Numbered from the whole stretch's first letter, positions 51,625-63,393 are shown. The stretch is DNA of 63,393 nucleotides, filler included, from Choristocarpus tenellus KU-1152 (GCA_964200185.2; 9 parts of 9 records of this genome joined end to end with filler, not necessarily neighbours in it), one strand, 5' to 3'. Translations and numbers: made by a program. Notes: generated from the letters alone by a model not told the origin.

Positions 51625-52910
51625 ATCTGGAAAGTGATGATGCTATTGCTGAGGCTGTCGGGAGGGGGGTGCAGGAGGAGGTGAACATAGGCTTTGGCGG
51701 CTGATGAGGGACAATCTTTTTAGAAAGTGCATGGCGTGTTCCTCCACCTCTCAGGTCTGGCATGCCCAGCCCCTCAGCTATTGGAGCACTCGAGAGATAG
51801 AGATAGTTCATCCAACAAGAAAGTGTGCCTGTGCTTTGAGCACACCCATTCTCACTATAGGTAGGAGGAATCTACAGTTGCTTAGCCACCACTGATGATG
51901 TCATTTTCCTTTATTTGTTTTTTTGGGGGAGTTCTCCCGTGTGTTGGAACATGCATGAATGGTGCAGTTAGTTGTGGGAGCGCTCTGGAGCAGAGTAGTC
52001 ATGCTATGTAGTCCTTTTCTTTTGCTGACTGCCACGTAGCATTTAGAAAGGTAAGTGCAAAAGAAAAATGTATATACATTTGTGTTGGCCCCTGACACAA
52101 CTGCGGTCCCCCTTCACACAGAGCAAGAGAGTCCTCTCTTGTGCAGTTCTTGGGTGTTGAAGACTCTCTTTTTTGTTGTAAGTTTGAGAAGGTTTGTGTT
52201 GTTGCTTTTGTATTGCGTAATACCTGTTGCAGTGAGTGGGCAGTGACTGGCGTGATGAAGTTTGCTTGATAGTTGCTTTCCTGCAACAACAATAAATTGT
52301 ACCCTAGCCTTTGATGTGATGATTTGTTGGCCTACACTACTGAGTCTGTTGACTGATTTTGCTGATTTTTGGTGTCAATGGTCGGTCCTATGGTGACGTT
52401 CTTGCTTTTCCTTTTCTGAGGTGATTGTGCTCATAGATGGATCCTCTGCAGTCCAAAATTTGATCTTTTTTCTTTTTGAAGGGTGTCCTTGTTGGATATG
52501 GGTCATATCGAACCATTTTCTTGTCAAGACAGTAGTAATGATCAATCTGCTCAATGAATACTGAAGGCTATTTATTCAACCTGGAGGTTTTTATGGTGCG
52601 GATTTTCCACCAAATTATTCTCTTAACATAGTAGAATTTACAACATATATATGAATTACTGCAAGCAAGTACTCGGTTTACTCGGAGGTTGGCCTAACCC
52701 ACTTGGGCATTATGTTGGTAAAATGTTGTGAACATTATTCACATGCATGATATATAATTTGTAAACGTTTGCCCTAACCCTGCTTATTATGAGCAAAAAT
52801 GCTGATTGGTTGGAGTAAGTACACTCGGGAGGGCGAGGAGTGGTACTGGTAACCGTTCAGGGAGACTTTTTTGTGAGTAACTTTTTAAAATGTGAGATCC
52901 AGAAACAACT

Positions 52911-53534
52911 AATATCGTTCCAAAGTCAACAACTCCAGCTTGCACATAAATACCTTCAGAATATATTTTCATTCGAAATGGTTGAGAAACCACCCCCTGA
53001 ATACAAACGTTTATTTTCGGAAATGGCAGATTCAGCAAAACCAGCCAAAAGTGGCCGGAAATGGTTAATCGTCCGTAATGTCTCAACGAGACCTCCGATG
53101 AAGACAAGGTTAGTTGCTTTGGATTCCTTGATGAGGCATTTTTGCATTAATTAAATACTCGTCACTCATTTTCTTCCTCAATCCACCATGTTGTGGCCAC
53201 TCTGTATGCATCGTTGTCAATGGGGATCAAGTGATCCAGAACGCCCTCATGAGAAAAGGAGAGTGACGAGGAATTAATTTTGTTCAAAAACGCCAAGGAT
53301 TCCAACGCGACTAACCATGTCGTCATTGGAAGTCTCGTTGAGACGTTATGGCTGATTAACCATCATTTCCAGCCATTTTTTGCTGGTTTTGCTGGTTTTG
53401 TTATTTTTGCTAAATCTGCAATTTCCAAAAAACACTCTTGTGTTTAGAGACTGGTTTTTCAATCACTTCAAAATGAAAAAATATTTTGGAGATATCCATG
53501 TCCAACCCATTGTTGTTGGCTATCGAACGATATT
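52911..53534. repeat. Long imperfect inverted repeat / foldback element (~270-bp arms, ~70-90-bp loop)
   Basis: aatatcgttc(52911) pairs with gaacgatatt(53525); gtctcaacgagac with gtctcgttgagac; ctcgtcactc(53158) with gagtgacgag(53261). Confidence 0.88.
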
Positions 53535-53727
53535 GATGGGCACGGAGGGGTTTGTTGGATTCTTGGGATGCCTCCCTAGCTCCCCACCCTGGGGTACAGG
53601 AATAGAACAGCCGATCACCAAAATTGANNNNNNNNNNNNNNNNNNNNNNNNNNNNNNNNNNNNNNNNNNNNTTAATTAATTAANNNNNNNNNNNNNNNNN
53701 NNNNNNNNNNNNNNNNNNNNNNNNNNN

Positions 53728-54360
53728 GGGAGGCAGTAGCCTGACTTTCTAGGACCCAGAGCATCATTGCACAATCCACTGGATTCAAAGTATCTTAGAG
53801 GGTAGAGCCGCGTCCATTTGGGGGGCAAAGTCAATTTTGATGTAGTTTTTTACCATCATGTTCGTTAGCAGATGTCAATATCCTTGTTCCGGACACTTCT
53901 TTTCATAACATACATATTTTACCTACCCCGAAACATTTTGGAGTAGATAAAGTGTCGTCACAAACCCGTGGGAAGCCAAGCCCCAAATGGACAAACAGGG
54001 CAAACTTCGTACCCTCTAAGATACTTTCACTCACTGCAGAGGCTGAGCACATAGCCATGGGAGACTGTGTGAAGGAGTTGTTGTTTTTGAGGGGTGTGCT
54101 GGAATTTGTTCGACCTGATGCTTCTGGACCTTGTTTTGTGGTGTATGAGGACAACACAGGGGCTGTCCATTTGGCAAACAACCCTTTGAGTTCTTGCAGG
54201 ACGAATCACATAGATGTGTGACACCATTTCCTTAGGTATTTGGTCACACATGGGCAAATACAGATCATTCGTGCTAACTCAGATGGGTAGCATGCAGATG
54301 TGCTGATCCTCGAGCAGAGGAACCTTTTTGGAGGCACGCGGGGGCTTTGCTGAATTTAGA
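53728..54360 (+). mobile_element. Ty1/copia RNase H remnant interrupted by a family A MITE
   Basis: GGAVA*LSRTQSIIAQST|AEAEHIAMGDCVKELLFLRGVL...VYEDNTGAVHLANNPLSSCRTNHIDV*HHFLR...HADVL. Confidence 0.88.
53782..54032 (+). mobile_element. MITE family A copy
   Basis: TIRs present; 4-bp TSD ACTG; removal restores STAEAE. Confidence 0.93.
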
Positions 54361-54492
54361 ATATGTTTAGTGGTTTGTTTTTCGTTGGATTTTGAATGTT
54401 TCGTGTTCGTTTGGCCTTTCTTCTTAAGTGAGTTCAGTAACTAGTTATGTCTCGTGACCCCTCAGAGTTGTTTGAGCTAAGGAGGGTGTTGG

Positions 54493-54671
54493 GACCCAAA
54501 GTATCTGGAAGGGGGTGGCGGGTGTCCATTTGGGGCCAATTTTTTCATGTAGCGATTTTTGTGTGGTTAGGCTGCATACGTCGGATGAATAATGTAAGTG
54601 CACTTTTCCTAGTTATGGTCCAAATGGACACCCTGGTGTTGACCTCCCCCCCCCCCCAGATACTTTGGGTC
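54493..54671 (+). mobile_element. MITE family B copy
   Basis: gacccaaagtatctgg ... ccagatactttgggtc; 3-bp TSD TGG. Confidence 0.92.
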
Positions 54672-55049
54672 TGGAATAGACTCCTCCAACTATAATGGAT
54701 ATAATGTAATGTACGTACAGAGTCAGTATACAATAATTATTAGTTAGTTGATCCATATTTGTTTTGTTGTATACGAACAGATTGGAGTTGATTCCATTAA
54801 GGATGATGTTTTGGGGTTGCATGGTCGCCTCCTCCTCTGCTTGGAAATAATCACTCTAAAACATTTGGTATTACTCCTGTATTTATCTCTTCTACCCATA
54901 CATGAACCAAGGATACTTTAACGCACAACTATCAAATTGCTTTAACGCTCCGACCTTGTTCAATATCGGTTCGTGTATTATTTTGCCCAGAAATTAAAGA
55001 ATTGAGTTTGTCCGTAACTGGGGCTGCTCCTCCTTGTTGGGTTTGTAGT

Positions 55050-56900
55050 ATAGTACAGTGATTTCTCGTTAGTCGCCCTGCACCTTCATGTAGTAGACTA
55101 CAGGAGCTCTCTCTTTTATTTCATATAACAATCTCCATGGACAAAATCTTGGGTTTAGGAGCTCTCCCAAAACGAGCTTGATTGGTAATGTGGGGTGTTT
55201 CCGGAGCAATAGATAGAGAAGAGTTTCTTGTACAGTTGCGTTATATTCGGTATTGTGGTGAGTACTGACACCCAACCCCAAAAGGTTCATACTTGAATAT
55301 ATTGCGGAGCAAGACATGCATTCCTTACCAATCCCGTCAAGACCACTGTGGGTCTGTGGCCAATACGGTTTTGATACGTTTTTCTTGTAGCCGTAAATCT
55401 TCCATAAATTCCAGGATTAATATTTTCGAATACCTTAACCTGGTCTGAGTGTATGATTTCCAAGGTGCCGAAAATGGAAAACACTTGTTCGGGTAACACT
55501 TTACCTACAGTCGCTTCTTGCTGGTCAGGAATAGCACTGAACAGAGTAAACCATATTAAATTGTCAACGGCAGACAAGAAAAAGTTGCAATCTTTTGACT
55601 GTGTTTGTTTCCCCCAAGTATTCCCCACTCTCTGGAATGGGTGTGTTAATGGCATATGCCCTGCAAGGTTAGGCATGGTAGTGGGGATGGTTTTCGGCTT
55701 TGGCATGATTGGCATGTTTCATACCAATTTCCAACATTTCTAAATGCAGTGAGCCACCAAAAACTATCACGAATCCAGTCGAAAGTGTGCTTAAATGCAA
55801 GTGTGCAGAGACCATATGATTGTGGAACGCGTCGAGTATTAAACCTTGTACCTTGGTGGGTACCGCTAATTGGTCTCAGAATTTTCAATTTTTCAAAGGT
55901 GACACGTTGATGGGGCCTATATAAAACGGTTTGCCTTCCTTCTCTTTGTGCATGAAAGAGTAAGGATATGGTAGAAGTTGTTTCATTCTTTGGTATAAAA
56001 GGGATTTGTCTGGGTCGGCTACATATTTGAAATACTCTCCATAATGAGCTCGTTGAACTTTCACTAGTACTCCACGGTTCACAATGGGGAAAATGTCAAC
56101 ATAGCATTAGTGACTAGTCTCATATCGTTTTATGCTCGAGTAATCTCAACAAAATTTATCTATAGATAGATCATGTGCAGGGTAAACCTTAGGCGCGGAG
56201 ACATCTGACTCTGATTAGCCTACATTACGACACAGTGGGGCTAGTGGAGGCGGTGTTTCATAAAGGATAAATTATTTTAACCTGGTCCGGGATATCTGAT
56301 CTGGGATGAAGGGCAAACGTCTGGGTTTATGTATAACTGTGAAGTCAAAACTAGAGCCCACCGGGTCAACATATTGGATCGTAAACTGCATGTACCCAAC
56401 ATAATATCCAATGATCACTTACAACTGTAGAAGTGCTTTCCCTAAACATATGGGCGTCAATGCGTTCTGCCAAGAATGGCTGTTTGAAGTTCTTTCTGTT
56501 GCTGAATATCGTTTTTGAGATGGCAAAAAAGTGCATTATGGCAGCCCACAATTTGGAAATTATCGCCTTCATTCTGTGCGCCAAAAAAGGCTCCCATGCC
56601 AATATCGCTACTACCAATGCGTACGAAACATTCACCACTAAAATCTGGGAAGCATGACACTGGCGCCATAGTTAATGGACGCTTGCACTAATCAAAACAT
56701 CATTTTATCGTCGTCCACATTGTTGAGATTATGTTGCTTCTAGCTTATTCCACTTTTTCTTTGTAAGCGACACCACAAGTTCTGTTATTGTAGTCAAATG
56801 GAGAATACATTTTCTTTGCAATTCTATAATTAATTGCTATTTACACCAGAGGAGAGGATAGAGACGATACCTGAGTCTCACACGATGCCCCTTGCACAGC
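55050..56900 (-). mobile_element. Degenerate Ty3/gypsy pol remnant (RNase H, integrase zinc finger, integrase core)
   Basis: YALVVAILAWEPFL...SDHWIL (RNase H); HQG...CQSCQSRK (zinc finger); LSAVDNLIWF...FGTLEIIHSDQVKVFEN (integrase core). RNase H precedes integrase, which is the gypsy order. Confidence 0.8.
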
Positions 56901-57298
56901 GTAAGATATCGAGGTGGCTGAGATAGTTGGAAAGTTGCGGAGTAGTTCATTTTTCCTGGGTGTGCAGACAATTACTTGCCTATATTTCTAAAAGAGAACA
57001 CACGCCTGAATAACACAATAAAAGTCCTTCTAGAATATCGTAAACCTTCCAGAATACCGAATACCAATGAACAATTTACCGACCTTCACAGGTATTCAGT
57101 ATATGAGTATATCATAGCGTCTCTTCTAGTTATATACCAGACAGATGGGCAAGAAGGGGCGTGTCAGATCCTTCGGATGCTTCTGTAGGTCCTCACCCAC
57201 TTGTGCAGGTCTAAGGTAGGTTAGAGGCATAGCACCAGTGTACACATAACATCGTAATTACCAAGCTGTAAGGGAGTAGGCAGAATAGCTCGTATTCA

Positions 57299-57481
57299 GG
57301 CTCAATGCATCCTGGGGGAGGGGAGGGAGTTCTACACCAGGGTGTCCATTCGGGCCCTGACTAGGAGAAGTGCACTTACATTATTCATCCGACGCATGGA
57401 ACTTAGTCATCCAAAAATCCTGACATGGAAAAATGGACCCTGAACGCACAGCCGTCATCCCCACCCCGGATACTTTGAGCC
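57299..57481 (-). mobile_element. MITE family B copy (reverse)
   Basis: ggctcaatgcatcctgggg ... ccggatactttgagcc; 3-bp TSD TCA. Confidence 0.85.
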
Positions 57482-57651
57482 TCAAATAGTAAGTAGCCTT
57501 TGGAGAGTATCTCCTAGATATACGACAACTGTTACTTTTACATAGCCCTTGTGGTTATTGGTTTGGCTTTTTCCCTAACACATCTGGAAAATGTCAGAGG
57601 GCAGAATAATATAATTATCTACTTTGAAGTACACCAATCAATATGTATAAA

Positions 57652-57832
57652 GGCTCAAAGTATCTGGGGGAGGGGTGGTGGCTGTCCATTTGGAGCCAAT
57701 TTTTTTCCATTTTGCGATTTTTTGGGTGATTTGTTTGCGTACATCGGATGGATAATGTAAGTGCACTTTTCTTGGTTATGACGAAAATGGACACCCTGGT
57801 GTAGACCCCCCCCCCACCAGATACTTTGAGTC
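57652..57832 (+). mobile_element. MITE family B copy
   Basis: ggctcaaagtatctgggg ... ccagatactttgagtc; 4-bp TSD TAAA. Confidence 0.92.
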
Positions 57833-59046
57833 TAAACTTCCAACTTATTCTGCATANNNNNNNNNNNNNNNNNNNNNNNNNNNNNNNNNNNNNNNNNNNN
57901 TTAATTAATTAANNNNNNNNNNNNNNNNNNNNNNNNNNNNNNNNNNNNNNNNNNNNGCGACCAACTCACCCCAAAAAAAGTGAACATCAAAAAAAGGGTA
58001 AAAAACGGAACCCGACCCCCCCCCCCCCCCCAGATACTTTGACCCATTAGCTACCTTCAATGCCAAAAAAAACTGAGACTGAGCAGGACTGTTGTGCAGG
58101 ATGAAACGGAATGAAACGGGACCACTTCAAATGGGATGACTTTGAGAAGAATACCTACGCTCAATGCCAAAAAAAACTGAGAGGAATAGGACTGTTGTAC
58201 GCCAACGGGACAAAACGGGACGACTTACCTATATTTTAAGACGGTCAACAGACACGCAAAAACTCAACTCTCACAAAAAAAAAAAATAGCACAAAATATA
58301 GCAATTTTTCTCCTTGCTCTAAAAACTCTGAAAAAAATGATAATTTTTTTATTGAAGGAAAAAAAAAACTCTGCAACTCTACAGTCTTTTTTCTCAGCAG
58401 TATTTAAAAATCACATCTTAAAAAATCTCTTAACGATGGGAGAAAACAAACCTCTCAAGTCAACCCTAACCCTAACCTTAACCTTAACCCCAGAAACAAG
58501 ATACTGGCAAATCAAATTTTAAAAAAAACACAAAAAAGTGACTTTAAATATAAAAAATAAAATAAAATGCATAGATACATAACCTCTCAATCCGTTCACT
58601 TCACCCTCAGGTCAAAAAAAATCAACCGCCAATGAATACAATAAAAAAATAAAAAATAAAAAAATAACCTCTCTGCTGCCCCCAGTCAGCAAGTCAAACA
58701 AAGAGGCTGGCTCGGCACGCAGGTACGACCCATCTTCCGCCTAGCCTGCTCCTGCAGTGCACAGTGGAAACTTTCCCCCCCCCTCCCCCCCCCTGGTGGA
58801 TGCGAAAGACATTCTATCATCTATTAACTGTTTTACTAACAGATATCCTAAAGCGCTCCTCTCCCATGCCTCCAACTTAGCTTAGCCCCTACACCCCTGG
58901 GGTGCGGGAACTAGGGAACCACCACAAGAATCTGACAGGCACTTCCTTGCCATCTCCCTGGTGTCAGCCTCCGCCCTCCTTGTCTTAGAAAACCACCACA
59001 AACAAACAAAAATTTAACCCTCTTTTCTTAACCCATTTTTACGCAT

Positions 59047-59324
59047 GAGTGAAACTATCTTATTAAGAGAGTGTACGAGTTTTGCCCCGTTTGTCCATTT
59101 GGAGCTTCACTTCCCAAGTTTTTCTTGTGACATTTTCCTACTCCAAAATGGTTCCGAGTAAAAGTTAAAATGTGTACATTTTATACACTATGAAACAGTT
59201 GTGTCTGGAACAAGAATATTGACACTTCCTAACAAACACAATAACCAAAATTACATCAAAATCGCAACATTGGATTCGGCCCGCCCAAATGGACGCGGCC
59301 CTACCCTCTAAGATACTTTTGCTC
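59047..59324 (-). mobile_element. MITE family A copy (reverse)
   Basis: gagtgaaactatctt ... taccctctaagatacttttgctc; flanking CAT duplication. Confidence 0.88.
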
Positions 59325-60467
59325 CATTTTGAAAATATAACCCTAACCCTAACCCTAACCCTATCCCTATCCCCTATCTCCTTCGTCTCGGCATAACATA
59401 ACCAGTGCACAGGGGGACCCTCACCCACCCCCCTGCCTCCGGGAACAAACCACAGAAATATTTTATTTCTGCTCCCTCTTTTTTTAAACCTATTTTCAAA
59501 ATATTACCCCTACCCCTACCCCTAACCCCTAAAAACCCTTAACCCTATAACTTGTGTGTGCAGAAAATATCCCCAAACACCCAAGGAAGGGAAAACACTA
59601 GAAAGAGGTGATGCAGCAGTAAGCCATGCACCTGGGTGGGAACCACTACCTCTTAATGATACCCCCCCCCCTCTTCTCACTTTTTCAACACATTTTCAGA
59701 AACATCAACCTTAACCTTAACCCTAACCCTAACCCTAACCTAGAGTTTTGTGCTTGAAGAAGCGACAAAAGCAATGATGACAGCAGTGGTTGCCCAAGAC
59801 AAGGAAGGAGGGGGGGGGGGAGGGGTCCCCTGCAAACTTCAGCACACACCAGCTATCACATACACATAGAGTTAGGGTTAGGGTTAGGAGGAAAGACACT
59901 CTCCATCACAAACCTCTCTTTTTGCCACCAGCTACACACTACTTCCTATCTCACTGTTGTCGGCCATACTATCCCCGCTTCCGCTACACCCCTCAACCTT
60001 CATCCCCCAGGTATCTAATATAAACGAATACGAACCACCCCCTTATAATCCCGTCCGTTCCCCTTCTCCTTCATCCCTCGACCTCCACCCCTAACTTCTC
60101 AAGGTCTCATCTTCCAGGAACAAACACGCCCATCCCCCGGTCCACCTCTCTCCTGCTTTCCATCTGCAAAGCCCCACAAACATCATCATACATCATACAT
60201 CATACATCATATATCACACATCATACATCAAACGTCGCTGTTCTTTCTATCAAACCCTCACACAGACGACCCACCCCAATCCCCCAGCAAATAAAAATAA
60301 AAATAAAAACAAACAAAGAGCACAGCACCTCCTTCCTTCCACACTCCCGACAAAAATCATCAAATAAAATAAAATATATTTTTTTAAACGCTGAAGCAAA
60401 TAGTTAAAAAATAATTAGACAAAAGTGGGAGCATCAACAGCTCGGCCTCGAGCATCCGAACCCGAAC

Positions 60468-60632
60468 CTTACAGCCTTAACCTTAACCTTAATCTTAATC
60501 TTAACCTTACAGCCTTAACCTTAACCTTAATCTTAACCTTAACCTTAATCATAACCTTACAGCCTTAACCTTAACCTTAATCTTAACCTTAACCTTACAG
60601 CCGTAACCTTAATCTTAATCTTAACCTTAACC
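60468..60632. repeat. Telomere-variant hexamer array (CCTTAA/TCTTAA with periodic CCTTACAG interruptions)
   Basis: Directly visible; the interruption recurs about four times. Confidence 0.9.
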
Positions 60633-61135
60633 TCCACCGATACAAGGCACCTCCTCAGAAGTGCAAACAACAACCCTAGAAATTTCTTAATTCTCCGATT
60701 GGCCTCTCAGCCATGACGATCAGCTTCACCCTCGACTGTGCCTGCCTGCCCCCCAGGGTAAACAAACTAGTCACAGACTGTTTGTAGTCTTCACCCAAAG
60801 ACCCAATCTGATTGTATTTTTTAAAAATATATAAATATTTATGATTTTTTAAAATTAATACACATATTTATTTAACCGGTTGATGGTTATTTAAAATAGA
60901 CAAAAATAAAAATAAAAATTACGAATAAAAAAATTATACGCATGTATATATATTTAACTAGTTGAAGGTATATATATGAATAAAAACAAATTACATTGAT
61001 ATAAACGCATGTTTTCAATCAATAGATTTGTTTTAAAATACACATATATTTATCATTAAAAAAAATCATACACATATACATACATACATACATACCCAAA
61101 TAGATCAATTTTAAAATATACATACATTCATGAAT

Positions 61136-61426
61136 GGCTCAAATAATCTGGGGGGCAGCGGCGGCGGCGGCGGCGGCGGCAGCGGCTATCCATTCAGGGC
61201 CCATTTTTCCATGTTGCATCTTTTGATTAATTTGGTTGCATACATCGGATGGATAATGGAAGTACACCTTTCCTGGTCAGGACCAGAATGGATACCCTGA
61301 TGTAGACCCCCCCCCCCCCCCCCAACTTTGAGTCCCAAAAAAAACAAAAAAAAAAANNNNNNNNNNCGGAGGGGGGCCCTTCCGATCCCTAATTTAGCCC
61401 CCCCCCCCCCCCAGATACTTTGAGTC
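61136..61426 (+). mobile_element. MITE family B copy spanning the 10-N gap (right end probably duplicated by assembly)
   Basis: ggctcaaataatctggggg ... ccagatactttgagtc; flanking AAT duplication. Confidence 0.75.
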
Positions 61427-61522
61427 AATAAAAAAACAAATGATATAAACATTCATACATACATACATATATTCATTTATTCTTAAAAGTGTTTCTTGAC
61501 TGTCCTGACCGCTACACCCCAC

Positions 61523-61676
61523 CTTCTTGATAGCGACAACCTCTCCAGTCTCCACCACCACCGCCTGGAACACAACCCCGAAGGAGCCATTGCCTATAAT
61601 GTGCTCAGCATTATAACGAACCGTCTGTCCCTGTCCTCCCACATCAGCTTGATCGATGTCAACGGACCCTTGTTTT
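61523..61676 (-). CDS. GSK3: GSK3/shaggy-like protein kinase, single internal exon (subdomains I-II)
   Basis: cag|...[35 protein letters not shown]|gtgggg matches the GSK3 pattern [12 protein letters not shown]...GExVAIKK. Neighbouring exons not identified. Confidence 0.9.
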
Positions 61677-61749
61677 CTGCGAGACAAGCCACCATTTTTT
61701 TTTTAAAGAGGAAAAAAGAGAAAAAAGAGAAGAAAAAGCGTTAATCACT

Positions 61750-62002
61750 CAAAAAACACAAAACGCACGTATGGATCTATCTCTATCTGGACCCCATACA
61801 GACATTAAAAAACATTTTTTTTTTAAAGAAGAGCCAGCATTCTTTAAAAAGAAAAAGTGTTATCACTCAAACACAAAACATATATATGGATCTATCTGGA
61901 CCCCATACAGACATGTAAACAAATTTATAAAAAAGAAGAGCCACCAACTCTTCAAAAGAAAAAGTGTTATCAATCAAACACAAAACACACATATGGATCT
62001 AT
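61750..62002. repeat. ~110-bp tandem duplication (about 2.5 units)
   Basis: atggatctatc...ggaccccatacagacat...aagaagagcca...aagaaaaagtgttatca repeated. Confidence 0.8.
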
Positions 62003-62277
62003 CAAAAGCAATTATTATATATTGTATCAGTTCTTGACTACCACTCTTCATCTCTGATCACAAATGAGTTCAAAATTGTAGTATTACTGCTATCTTTATT
62101 GTGTGAACTTCCTTTGCCTCCAATCACAAACGGGTCTAACAATATCAAAAGCAATTATTATTCATTGTTATTATATTATTAGTGTTTGACCATCATTTGA
62201 CAAACAAGTCCAACATCAAAATAGCAATATTACTACTATTATTAGTGTATGACTTTCCCTTGCCTCTGATCACGAAT

Positions 62278-62575
62278 GAGTCCAACAACATCAAAGCAAA
62301 TACTATTCATTGTTATTGTATCAGTGTTTCACCATCCTTTGACAACTGAGTCCAACAACATCAAAGCAAATACTATTCATTGTTATTGTATCAGTGTTTC
62401 ACCATCCTTTGACAAATGAGTCCAACAACATCAAAGCAAATACTATTCATTGTTATTGTATCAATGTTTCACCATCCTTTGACAAATGAGTCCAACAACA
62501 TCAAAGCAAATACTATTCATTGTTATTGTATCAGTGTTTCACCATCCTTTGACAAATGAGTCCAACAACATCAAA
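62278..62575. repeat. Near-perfect 70-bp minisatellite (4.3 units), preceded by diverged units from ~62000
   Basis: gagtccaacaacatcaaa begins at 62278, 62348, 62418, 62488, 62558. Confidence 0.95.
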
Positions 62576-63393
62576 CTAAATTATTACTCTCAATTAATAC
62601 TATCAATACAATCACAGCGTACGTACGCCCTTCCTTTCGCCCCTGCGTCACAAAAAAAAATAAAAATAAAAATTACATGCCCCTCGTCGATTGATCGATA
62701 AAAATCTCAACCGCCACTTCTTTTTGTTTCCTCTTCTTATTATACCAAAAAAAATAATAATAATAATCCAAAAAAAAAAATCCCCCACGCACATAAAACA
62801 AACCCATCACAAACGATATATATATAACCCATATATATAACCCTAACCCTAACCCATATATATATATATATATATATATCATGGAACAACACCGAAATTA
62901 TAACCGTCGATGCAGGGCAGGTCGATTCGAACCTTAACTCAATCTAAAAGCCATCCTATCAATACTAAACCTTGCAAAACACACTCCCACCACTCCCACA
63001 GGTGAACGGAGTCAGCATCCCTCAGGAAGGCATGACTGTAGATAATCAATCATAGGCAATAATGCCGTTAGACACATCCTTAGCCAAACGCACTCCAAAG
63101 CGCACAAAACTTGGTCGCATGAGAGCACGACATCGTGTCAAGTCGTGCACCAGGAAAACCCCCCTCGACTTCAACTTCAACTTCAACTTCAACTCTTGAA
63201 CCTCTGCAAAGGTAGGGAGGAACACCGCCTAGCCAACACGCTGACCAATCACACGCAAGAGTAGGCTATCCATGTATCAATTATCCAATCGCAAAAACAA
63301 GGCTGGGTCATCATGTCTTTGTTGTGACCCATAGCGGCATTTGAAAGGTAGGAAGGTTTGCACCCTTGGCTCAAAGTTTCTGGGGCGGGGGGG

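Noticed and set aside
62278-62575. 70-bp array as a CRISPR array
   Set aside because: Units are near-identical end to end with no unique spacers; no cas genes; eukaryotic context.
118-63393. Most short ORFs in the six-frame track, including recurring peptides such as SILEGRAASIWG, KYLGGGG and LTLTLT
   Set aside because: They are chance translations of MITE ends, telomere-like repeats and introns.

Overview
Eukaryotic nuclear DNA from a photosynthetic stramenopile (brown-alga-like; inferred from the ASAF-type bipartite plastid presequences, an Lhcr gene, long GT-AG introns and dispersed CCCTAA repeats). The window consists of nine pieces separated by artificial 100-bp spacers (44 N + TTAATTAATTAA + 44 N), so adjacency across spacers is unproven. 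I reconstructed these spliced genes by hand: an 8-exon minus-strand hypothetical protein whose N-terminus resembles an Smr domain, a WD40 gene fragment, a coiled-coil gene fragment, the 5' part of a plastid-targeted CRTISO/phytoene-desaturase-family gene, a complete 3-exon Lhcr gene, the 5' part of a MORN-repeat gene, the last exon of a BRO1-like gene and one GSK3/shaggy kinase exon. The rest is largely transposon debris: two Ty3/gypsy remnants, two Ty1/copia remnants and one CRE-like RLE non-LTR remnant. There are also at least two abundant MITE families that share a CAAAGTATCT terminal core and GTCCATTTGG subterminal boxes and show mixed 3- and 4-bp TSDs, plus a ~620-bp foldback, a 2.7-kb degenerate ~130-bp tandem array and a young 70-bp array. 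CpG is depleted in introns but not around 5' ends of genes. I found no CRISPR array, rRNA or intact transposase. The best novelty candidates are the MITE system, the Smr-like protein, the CpG-island pattern and the 130-bp array.
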